A DNA stretch of 64,000 bases from Octopus vulgaris (Eukaryota), in the NCBI GenBank assembly GCA_951406725.2, contig OX597815.1, positions 86,056,001 through 86,120,000 of the forward strand, written 5' to 3'. Of this stretch, positions 53,233 through 64,000 are shown piece after piece. The notes under the pieces were generated by a model. That model did no database searches and was not told the origin of the DNA. It worked only from the letters and a program-made list of their open reading frames with translations. The position numbers and the translations under genes are program-made. The stretch's first letter is position 1. Each line of letters starts with the position of its first letter.

Positions 53233-56013
53233 ATTTCCAATCAACTCATCCGATAAAGATTAGCAATCACTTTTGCCCAAGCTGGAACATTTACAAAGTC
53301 TATTGTCCGACTAAATCTCACAGCGATGGTGGCTCGTTCTGTTAGGAATAGTAGACAAATACCTAACCGACTTAATATAGGAAGGACACATTAAAATAGA
53401 TGATAATGGTCTGAGTGCTTTTTAGATGATTAATTTGCCAAAACAGAATTTATCTTGGGACTAAAAACTACTCCCAACCCTTAAAACGGGTTAACATTTT
53501 ATTCTCCGATCAATGAAACTACAGCAAAGATATCACAGGCACGAATAGTTTGTTCACTTACTTATGTTTCGGGTATTTTGTTGTTGCTGTTGTTGTTTTA
53601 TCGCTGGTTAAGGAGGCTAATAACTAATGGTGATCTGGCGTTGGCCACCATCCGGCTATTTTCGTGCCATGAAGCTGGCTTAAGTAACCAGTCAGTTTGA
53701 TTTTGGAATAACTGCCTTGTCGACGTGCTGTAATTAGATTCGTCTATGAAAAAGGAAGAAACTACCATAAGCTAAGAACCTCAGTAGTGCTAACCATTGC
53801 ACATCTTCAGTTAAATGATATTTAGCAAGATGTCACAATGTTTAAGGTGATGAGTTTAATCAATTGAATTTATTTCAGTAGATGCCTGGTATTTATTTCC
53901 TCAAAATTGAAATAATGCGAAACGCGATCCCGTTGGAGCTGAACTAAAAAAAAAAACAACAAAAATAAATAAATAAAATGAAATTGAACACTGTGATTAG
54001 CTTGCCGCTTCTGCCATGACACGGTTTTGCACTAGCGTCCTTAATGAGAAATACGTGTATAAGGTTACAGATCATTTCACAGAGCGAGAAATCCATACAG
54101 ATGAAGTACTTATTATTTTCGGTGTAATTTATAAGTACATCAAATATACAAATTCAGTCACCAACGGAGTTGTGTTTGACGCAAGGCATCGTCTCCGTAC
54201 AATTCTTTAAATAAACACTTGAAACACATTTAGACTCTAATTAGGAAATCATCAGAATTTAAAACTAAAATTCCATGGGAAACATAATACAGATTATAAC
54301 AGTTTCATCAGTTATCCGTCACATAATTATCCAATCTGTTCGTTATGGATAGCTCCCGGGTGGTTCTCTTACGTCTCACATCCATATAATTAGTATTTTC
54401 ATTTGATTTTCTATTAGTGGTAATCAGTCGTTAGTAGTTACTTTACTTTCTTTGATTTTGCTAACATCACAAGCAATAATTATAGTCCAACTAGTCATCA
54501 CATACCTACTAACTAATCTGTGACAAATGTCTTCATCAAAGTATACATCTATTTATTCGCTTGATTCTTTAAATATGTAGCTGATCTTTTGTCAATACTA
54601 CTTCATTAAAGATAACTTTGACTCATTACCGTCCAGTAATCCTTTAGAAGATCAGTATAACATAAACAATCTGAATATTTAACTACAACTTGAAAGAAAC
54701 ACGAATCAAGTAATAAATCCATTGCAACAATTCAAAGACAAGAAAAACAAAATCTCTCACCATATTTTACTCATGTGACAATGTTTATTTTCAACCTCAC
54801 ACACATGTATATTGTGTGTTTGCATGTATATGCACGTATGTGTATATTTAAGGAACACATGTGTGTTTGTGTGTGTGTGCGCGCGCGTGTGTGTGTGTGT
54901 GTCTATCTGTCTTTCTGTCTGTGTGTATTTATGTATTTAAAGTGTTCAAGCTGAATTACTTTCAATCAACGAAACATCTATATCATTGAAGTTTAAACTA
55001 AAGAAGTTGTTGAGGAATTACAGAGCGAGTTATGTATGAAATTGACGTGGGGAAGGGAAGTAAGAAATGTAGAGAAAAATACATGGAAAACACAGACGGA
55101 TAAATGAATTGATAGGAAAGGAAACAAAATTGTATGGATTCTTTCATTTAGAAACATTTAGAATCATGGAGCGAAGTATGTCTAAGAATCACTTATTACT
55201 TTGAACAATCTCTGACATAAAGTAATACCAGAAGTAGAGTGAATATTTTGGAGGGATTTTAGTGACGCCTTTATCATTACAATGATATACGCAGAGTATT
55301 AGGTATAGATTCTAGCACTGTGCTTCATACTTAATGTGATTCTGTACCATTTTAGTTTATTAATTCAGTTGTCTTTGGCTTCTTTTATATATAGGCAATG
55401 TTATCCAATGGAAAGCCATTGATTTGGCACCATACAGCTGGGTAACGTTCTCGTAGCAGTCACTGATGTTAGAGCTAAAAGGGCCGAAACAGATATTACA
55501 ATATATATCATCCAACTCGCTATCAATTTCCCCACTTAGAACTGATACAGTTTTTGATCGATCTCTGAAGGATGAAAGGGAAACTCGGGAGCTGAAATAT
55601 ACTGCGAGAAATCCTATGCAATGATCTAGCACATATGGCAATTCACAACTTCAAAATATAAATGATACATCTAGGAGGTTGGTAGTTTGATTTACATTTT
55701 GTAATGTTACATTTTGTCTTTTTTTTAAGAGGAGCAATAAAGAATAGTAACATAGAGAAAAGAGAAAATGAAAGACATTTTGGTCTGGGAATTAAAAAGG
55801 GAAGTAAAATTAATATGCAAAAAATTATTGAAGGGAGAAAAGGGGATCCTACGATATATTTAGATATAGTTATAAAATGACTCCAACTGATTAAATGAAT
55901 ATATAAATATATGTGTGTGTATGTATGTGTGCGTGTGTGTGTGTATTAAATAAAATGAGACGACAAAATCAAGGCTGTGTGGAATTTATAGGACATTTAT
56001 AAAAAGAAAGGTA

Positions 56014-56061
56014 GTCTTACAGCTGTTTCTGGGATATTAGGGATATCCTTTCATCAGAGAC
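56014..56061 (-). ncRNA. Type I hammerhead ribozyme motif with palindromic stem III (Penelope-type)
   Basis: Minus strand gtct-CTGATGA-aa ggatat cccta atatcc ca-GAAAC-agct-GTA-agac; stem I gtct/agac, stem II ggatat/atatcc, stem III acagctgt palindrome. Confidence 0.8.
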
Positions 56062-57342
56062 GATGTGAAAGGGTGAAATAAAGGGAAATAGTAGAGTTCA
56101 ATATGAGGAGTTATTTTGGATAAGGATGGAAATAAGTAGAAAGGGAAATAAGAAAATAGAAGTAAAAATTAAAATATATGTACGATGCTATAGCTGCAAT
56201 TCCATTATCCAAGGAAAGTGGAGTATAGAAATGGCAGAGTTGCTTCATGTTCATGGCATACAAATTCCGATATGAAATCATATGTTGTTATTACAAATGG
56301 AAAGTATGGAGACTATGCTCTTCCCTCATCCTATTCATTTTGACCATTCTCCTCATTTTAACATGCATATCTATTGTCTCATCTCTATGTACCTAATACT
56401 ACCACTACGTTCTCAAAATTTAATTTACACCACAAAACCCCTTTGAATGAACAGCATTATTGGACTAGTCTATAGGGTGGGACCGGTGGTTTGTTTTGAA
56501 GACCAGGCATACGGTTCCATAGGTCGTACTTCAGCCTGCACAAGGGATCTTGCTCTGCAGATTGGCCAGGGCTACATTTAGTTGTAGCTTGAGGGTAAAA
56601 GAGGAAACACTACACTGCAGAGAAATGAAACTGTTCTTTTTGTATGCCATTGAATAAAGTGCTAAGGAAAGGGTGACGTTTTTTCTTAGTCAAAGATCTC
56701 TGTCTCGTCGATTTTCTGCGCTGGGTCACTCACATTCTGTGCATCATTTATAGATAGTAACAGTATTGAAATTATTTTTTGTGTCACTCGAATCTATGCT
56801 CCATTACGATTTGCTATCTTTCTTTAGCAAAATGCATGTGTACGCTTGTGTCATTATAAATAGTATAATTAAAATTGTTAAAATGATGGTTTAAACTGTT
56901 AAACTATATTTGTTTTATTACAATACGTAGATCTTGTAAAACTGAAATTGTTAATAAATATATTATTTGCTATCTCTGAAATTATGTTTATTTTCACCCT
57001 TTTAAGAGTAAGTTTCTCTAACATGAAGACATATTGTGTTGAATGAAAACAGAAATGGTAAAGTAAAATTATCAAAAAGAAAAAAAAAAGAAAATGACAG
57101 ACCGAATGTCTTCCTCAGTATAGCGTGAAGATTCAAAGCATTCCAGGAGGTATCGCATTGAAAATTATCCAAAACGAAATATTTTCCCCCGTGGTTATAC
57201 TTTGTATGAAATCCAAAATCGTTGGAGCGAGTTGAAGAAGTTGGTTATGACAGCATTCAATAATAATGATGATAACAACAACAACAACAACGACAACAAA
57301 AACAATAATAATAGTAATAATATGATGATAATAATGATAAAT

Positions 57343-57855
57343 GCTCTGATGCAGTTCCAAGCAGTGGCTCTCATAGCTTTTGATCTTAACTTGATTGGAA
57401 GTCTTATCGTGCATGTTTTGTCTTGGTATAAACAATTATTCTGTTCCATATGACAGATTTGCTTGCCAGTTGTTTGACCGTAACCAGTTGAGCATGTCCC
57501 TTAGTGGCTGACGATATGTACATCTCTCAGTGGGGAAGCATTTATAGTCATGTGTTGAGAGGAATTCTTTAGGGTTTGAATAATTCACATCTGGAAACAT
57601 GGGCATCTCGTTTATCCATAAACAAACTTTTGAGAAGGATGGGCTACACATCCTAAAAAAAATTCTAACTGCATCCCACATGCAAATTCACGCCCTGTTT
57701 ATCTTAGTATGAGATCACCATGTTGCCCATATATGGTTGTGATGCATGCGTCTGGTGTACACTTTTCAGATGGGTGGGTAGTGATGATGGTTATATTGGG
57801 CTTCGTATATTTGTACCCTAGTTTCACTTTGATGGCGCGCGCTGCTTCCTCACTC
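57343..57855. mobile_element. Non-coding interspersed element in a TAA-type array, older deleted copy
   Basis: Colinear with 60328-60881; same termini (gc.c.gatgcagt ... ctcactc|aataa). Confidence 0.85.
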
Positions 57856-57867
57856 AATAAGAATACC

Positions 57868-57914
<47 letters not shown>

Positions 57915-57916
57915 TA

Positions 57917-57952
<36 letters not shown>

Positions 57953-57959
57953 GTGATGA

Positions 57960-59240
57960 TATGAAAGAAAAACAGAGAAAGAGTATTGGATTGAATGTTG
58001 AATTCCAGAAACATTTTCGGCAATGAACTCGCGCGCAGTGGTTGAGGTTCGACACGGAGATGGATTTCTGAAGTGGATTTCTGAAGATAAGATAAATCAG
58101 TTGGATACACAAGAAAACTCCCAACCATTCATGGAACCCTTCATCCACGTGCAGACATTGATCGTCTATACATGAAGAAAACAAATAGAGGGAGTGATTG
58201 AGAAGTGCGATGGACTGCAGCATATAAAACATGGGAATTTGCTGGAAAAACTAACCCAACGTGAGCAAACCTTGTGAGTAACAGTTACAGAAGTGGGCGC
58301 ACTGAAAGCAGAATAAAAAAAAAAACAAGAAGTGCAAGATAGTCATGAAGAAGCACTATACAACAAGGGACTACACAATCGATTCTATGAAGTCAAAACC
58401 AAAGGAGAATGGGGGCACTATACTTGCCACGCAAGACCAAGCTTTGGCTACAAATTAAAGGTTCAACCTAAGAAATAAGTAAGTGTTTTCGTTGTGCTGA
58501 ATAGATTTGATGAAGTCATTGCCGATATTGTGAATGAATGCACTCGATTAAACCGAAACCAATATAAGTAGTGGCACCATGTTGCATTATGAGTCAGCAA
58601 AAGTGCTGCATTAGAAGCTGTAGGCACAAGGCCTGAAATTTTCGGCGCGAAGTGGGATAGTCCTTTATATCAACCCCAGTGCTTGACTGGTATTTAATTT
58701 GTCGGTACCGAAAGGTTGAAAAGCTAAGTCGACAAGAAGAGGACTTAAGACAACAATTATTCCTGTAGTAACGGCTGCAGTTGGCACAACACCCAAAATT
58801 CTACCTAAAATACTGAATGAGATTATAACTGAAAACAACATTGTCGACCTACAGAAATGTACCATCCTGTATTCTCCAACATATAAAATACCAGCTAACA
58901 GGCCTATAATACAGCTTAAAAACAACAATGTTTTACAAGAAGAACAAAGCGGGTGCCGGAAAGGAGGAGTGTATGGTTATAAGGAGCAGCTTCTGATAAA
59001 CCGAGCCATTATAGAGGACGGCAAGGTGAGAAAGGCAACACTTAACATAACTTAGATTGATTACCGGAAAGATTTCGACAGCGTTTCACACTCATGTATG
59101 ATGGAATCTCTCCTCAGCAAATAGCGTAGCCCCAACACTACTACAAAATATATCAAATATGTAATAGCAAACTGGAAGGCAAGTATAACACTGAAAAATG
59201 AATCATAAAGATATTACAACCTGCCCTACAGAGGGACTGT
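57960..59240 (+). mobile_element. Scrambled old R4/Dong fragments interrupted by a SINE (58622-58735, -)
   Basis: ILATQDQALATN (~58420), TTIIPVVTAAVG..DLQKCTIL (~58750-58870), EEQSGCRKGGVYGYKEQLLIN..IDYRKDFDSVSH (~58940-59095). Confidence 0.72.
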
Positions 59241-59249
59241 CCAATAATG

Positions 59250-59334
<85 letters not shown>

Positions 59335-60306
59335 GATGAAGAAGAAGAAGAAGAAGAAGATGAAGAAACAACAAAAGCTATAAAACAAATGAAATCCAAA
59401 CTAAAAACAGAACAGCAACGAACCATGATAAAACGATGGCAAGAAAAGCCCCTTCATGGTAAATACTGCACTAAACTAAACGCAAAAGAAATAGATAAAG
59501 AAAAATCCCAGCAATGGTTGAGAAGCTCAGGACTCAAAGCAGAAACAGAAGGATTTTTAATTGCAGCACAAGACCAAAGCCTTCCCACCAGAAATTACCA
59601 AAAACATGTAATGAAAAGAAATATTACAAGTAACTGCAGAATATGTGGAGATGGACAAGAAACAATAAATCATATTATCTCTAGCTGCCCAGTCCTGGCT
59701 AAGAAGGAATATATTCACAAACATGACAGAGTTGGAACCTACATACATTGGAAGCTATGCCAACATTATGGAATAACAACAGAAAAAAGATGGTATAGGC
59801 ACACACCAGAAAAGGTCACAGAAAACGAGAAAGCAACCATACTCTGGGATATGCCGATACACACAGATAGAGAAATTAAGGCCAACAGACCAGATATAGT
59901 TGTCAGAGATCATGAAGAAAAAAATGCTTTTTAATTGATGTATCAATACCGGCAGATGACAACGTGTCTCTAAAAGAAATGGAGAAACTCTCAAAATACA
60001 AAGACCTGGAAATAGAGGTAACTAGAATGTGGAATCTGAAAACAGAAACAATTCCTATCATAGTAGGTGCATTAGGCATGATAAAAAAATATTCAGACAA
60101 ATACATAACAAAAACACCAGGACTTACAAACACATATAACATACAGAAAATTGCACTACTAGGCACTGCCCACATCCTACGCAGAACACTTTCCATACAA
60201 TAACCATCAGAGCATCACAACAAATCACAGCACATACCCAAGGCACACAGAGCTGCGCTCGGTAGTGAAGTGAAAGCACGCTATAAAAATAAAAATAAAA
60301 CTACTG
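59335..60306 (+). mobile_element. 5'-truncated R4/Dong element in a (TAA)n array
   Basis: ORFs 59389..59934 and 59964..60203: LHGKY, ETEGFLIAAQDQ, CRIC..H..C, RPDIVV..LIDVS, KYKDL, IPIIVGALG; 3' UTR ends ataaaactactg|aataataat. Confidence 0.95.
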
Positions 60307-60327
60307 AATAATAATAATAATAATAAT

Positions 60328-60881
60328 GCCCCGATGCAGTACCAGGCAGTGGCTCTCATGGCTTCTGATCTTAACTGATTGGAAGTGTTATCATGTACAT
60401 TGTTTTGTCTTGGTATAAAAGATGGGCTACAGCAAATATTCTGCTCTATACCACATATTTGCTTGTCAGTTGTTTGACCTTAACCAGTTGAGCATGTCCC
60501 TTAGTGGCTGACGATATGTGCATCTCTGATCATGAGCAGAAGTAGTGGGGGAGCATCATAGCCATGTGTTGAGAGGGATTCTTTGGGGTTTGAATAATTC
60601 ACCTCTGGAAACATGGGTGGTTCTTTCAACGTCCTTAAACAACCCTTATTCAGGGACCTTTTGAGCGGGATGGGCTACTCGACCTGAAGAAAATTCTAAC
60701 TGGGCCCCACCTGCAAGGTCATGCGCTGTTTACCTTGATATGAGATCACCATGTCGCGCACATATGGTTGTGATGCATGTGCCTGGTGTACCCTTATTAG
60801 ACGGGTAGTCATGATGGGTATATTGGGCTTCGTATATTTTACCCCAGTGTCACTTTGATGGCATGAACTGCTCTCTCACTC
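60328..60881. mobile_element. 554-bp non-coding element bounded by (AAT)n on both sides
   Basis: Second copy at 57343-57855; no ORF, no TIR and no obvious tRNA head. Confidence 0.88.
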
Positions 60882-60914
<33 letters not shown>

Positions 60915-61175
60915 AACAATAACATCAATAATAATAATAAGAAGAAGAAGAAGAATGAGGAGGAGGAGGAGGAGGAGGAGGATTGTTGCACGTTTTGGTA
61001 CAAGACGAACAGGTTTAGGAGGAAGGTTAGGTCGTTTACAGTGATCCCAATACTGCCGCTCATTTTCCCGTGCTAGACAGAATGAAAGATGATGTCGACC
61101 CCGGCGAAATCTGAACTAGGAAAATAATGAGCCGAAAGAAATACTACTGATGTTCTGTCAGTTCGCCACTTTGAG

Positions 61176-61198
61176 GATGATGATGACGACGACGATGC

Positions 61199-61231
<33 letters not shown>

Positions 61232-61233
61232 TG

Positions 61234-61294
<61 letters not shown>

Positions 61295-61304
61295 AACTAC
61301 TAAA

Positions 61305-61366
<62 letters not shown>

Positions 61367-61375
61367 TAGTAATAA
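61176..61375. repeat. (GAT)(GCT)n(ACT)n(AAT)n compound trinucleotide repeat
   Basis: Directly visible. Confidence 0.95.
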
Positions 61376-61984
61376 TCGAATTTACATTATGTAATAATAA
61401 CGAATACAACGGGTTCGTTATTTTTAATCATCATAATAACAACAACAACAGCAACAACAAAAACCTCAGCAATAACGATGACATCGGCAATCCTCAGAGA
61501 GAAATCACTCACACAAGTATTTATCAGTTGTCATTGATCTTCTAATAACTAGTAAACTTCAATACACAGTTCCTGCCATCAAGCCCCGCCTTGCTTGGGG
61601 CAACTATGAACAGATCAATGAGATTTCAGGGACATACGTACGACTCTAGAACAGTATATTTATCGATTTTGTTGTGGTATTGTCATTCGTGATTTGGATT
61701 CAGACATTACTTATTTCGTTATTTTTTTTTAATCCTTAGCTTGAAGCCACTTTCTGTTTATCGTATATGATCAACTTATGAATCTTTCAATAGACTGAAA
61801 CTGGTTTTCTATTTTTAGTCCAGAGACGAACTGAAATACACGAATCCAGACACGATCAAACATGATCTTATGCATTAAAAAGCATTTAGTTTTATGTGCC
61901 GATATATTCATAATTCTTTCTATCTTTCTTCCTCTAATACCCCTCCCTCCCACTATCATTCTCTCTCTCCCTTTCCTCTCTCTG

Positions 61985-62015
<31 letters not shown>

Positions 62016-62112
62016 GCAGACATATATATAAAGATATATATATACATATATATGTATATATATGCTTATATATACATATATGTATATATGTATATATATA
62101 TGTGTATACATA

Positions 62113-62144
<32 letters not shown>

Positions 62145-62159
62145 CATACATATAAATAC

Positions 62160-62190
<31 letters not shown>

Positions 62191-62243
62191 TGTATACATG
62201 TATATAAATACATATATATATATATATATATATACATATATGT

Positions 62244-62281
<38 letters not shown>

Positions 62282-62307
62282 ATATATATATATTTATATA
62301 TATATAT

Positions 62308-62371
<64 letters not shown>

Positions 62372-62399
62372 ATGTATTTGTATATGTGTATGTATGTGT
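61985..62399. repeat. Long degenerate (TA)n/(TG)n microsatellite
   Basis: Directly visible. Confidence 0.97.
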
Positions 62400-62404
62400 G
62401 GAAC

Positions 62405-62585
62405 GCTGAAATCTACAAATATTTTTCATCCTCTCTCTGTTTATTTTCTCTTAATCTTTCTGTTGAAGAGCGTAGGCTCGAAATGTAAAATATATTTTCA
62501 TTTTTCTCGTGCGGGAAAATAATACACTTGCTCCTTGTTCGTACACCTGACTTCGTCTTTTGTTTTTCCATAAATTTCAATTACA
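62405..62585 (+). repeat. Short interspersed repeat with hammerhead-like motif, copy 3
   Basis: tctttctgttgaagagcgtaggctcgaaatgtaaaa...cttcgtcttttg. Confidence 0.72.
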
Positions 62586-62590
62586 TATAC

Positions 62591-62659
<69 letters not shown>

Positions 62660-62714
62660 GGGGGGTGTATGTATATGTATATATAGATGTGTGTGTGTGT
62701 TTGTGTGTGTGTAT

Positions 62715-63781
62715 GGTGAAACGTTCCATACACAACTGAGAGACAATTGGAAAAGATACCTGGATGATTGCTTTATTTTATGACAGGAAAATATTGGCAA
62801 GTCAACTGAATTCAAAAATATGATAAGCAACCTCAGCAATAGCTTGTTTAACTCCCAAAAGCAATGGTGTTTAACCCCGCAAAACTTGCCTTTCTGGATA
62901 TTCTGATCAAAACCCAAGAGCTGAAAATAGAATCTTACATATTCTACAAACCCACCACTCCAAACAATAACTTCTTTTCACATCCTGTCACCTGAAACAC
63001 ACCAAACTGAACATTCCCTGGCAAAACGGATTAGAACCATAGTATCGGAGCAATTCAAACGTGAACAAAGACTAGAGGAACTGAAGGACACACTCATCCA
63101 AAGAGCCTTTCAAACTGGCATAATCACCAACAGAATAAACAAGGCTAAACAAATGAATATCAATGAAGTTAGGAAAACAAAAAAAACAAATGAAGGAAAA
63201 TGTCTTACCATTCGTGTCTACCTTCAATCCCATGAATACCGAAATACTTGATCACACCCACAAAAACCTCCCCATCTTATTTGCAGATGAAAAAATAAGA
63301 AAAATCTTAGAAAAGCAACAAATAATCAAAAGCAAAAGGCATCCCAAAACACTAAAACTCATTCACACTGGAGCAAAAACATACAAGGAAACCCCCACCC
63401 AACAGTGTCTGCAGGAGAACAAACTGTGGCACTGGCTGTAACCTAATTCTGGGGCCAGAATTTAAATTCAAATATGACCAAATCTTCAAAATCAAGTCCA
63501 ACCTCACCTGCAACACGGAGAACCCGATCTACGTAATCCCATGCAATGGTTGCCAACATAATTACATTGGTCAGACGGGCGAATCATTATGTAACAGATT
63601 GACGACCCATCGCCAACAGATCCGAGACAAAAAGACAAGGAAAATTCCTTTAAGTAATCACACTGCAACGTACAAATGCTCAGATTCCTTCAAACAACAA
63701 CAAAAGCTAAATAAAGAAAAACAATTTATCAAGAAGTATAAACCACAATTAAATATAGACCCAACTACAATCAATAAATGA
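62715..63781 (+). mobile_element. Penelope-like element fragment (RT C-terminus + GIY-YIG), frameshifted
   Basis: WKRYLDDCF, LPFLDIL, FYKPT, SCHLKHTKLNIP, PFVSTFNP, LTCNTENPIYVIPCNGCQHNYIGQTG..RLTTHRQQI. Confidence 0.9.
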
Positions 63782-64000
63782 GAACAGACACTTAAAAACA
63801 ATTTTATACGTATTATTATCGTTTTGAAAAATACTTCCCATCACGTTCTAAATCTTTTTTCCAATATTCATTAATGGTAGCACACACACTCAAACACACA
63901 CACACACAAACAAACAATCACACACACAAATATACACACATAAACAAAAAGGAAACATCACACACACACAAACACACACACACACATACACTCACACATA

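Noticed and set aside
55360-55641. 93-aa non-repetitive ORF as a host exon
   Set aside because: No recognisable domain, splice pattern or neighbouring exons; the length is within chance expectation.

Overview
AT-rich, microsatellite-saturated eukaryotic DNA. The tRNA-derived SINEs and the repeat landscape look like those of Octopus/coleoid cephalopod genomes (inference, no search run). No host protein-coding exon could be supported, so the window is probably intergenic or intronic. Almost all ORFs in the track are microsatellite artefacts or transposon fragments. Recognisable content: a young 5'-truncated CR1-group LINE with an uninterrupted RT frame (1643-3079) plus a second near-identical 3' copy; many R4/Dong-type (RLE) non-LTR retrotransposon fragments in two microsatellite-associated groups, (TAA)n and (CATA)n; a ~550-bp non-coding element found twice, both times inside TAA-type arrays; three Penelope-like (RT + GIY-YIG) fragments; DD41D Tc1/mariner and mariner remnants; two non-autonomous Helitrons; MITEs; and SINEs. 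The most interesting signals are (i) type I hammerhead-ribozyme motifs (near-canonical at 20077-20125 + and 56014-56061 -, a thrice-repeated core variant, and several decayed copies), often tied to foldback inverted repeats of the Penelope/retrozyme kind, (ii) microsatellite-targeted retroelements, one with a readable 21-bp target-site duplication, and (iii) an unexplained 1.6-kb, roughly 20% GC island at about 5326-6918. All alignments and folds were done by eye, and boundaries of decayed elements are approximate.
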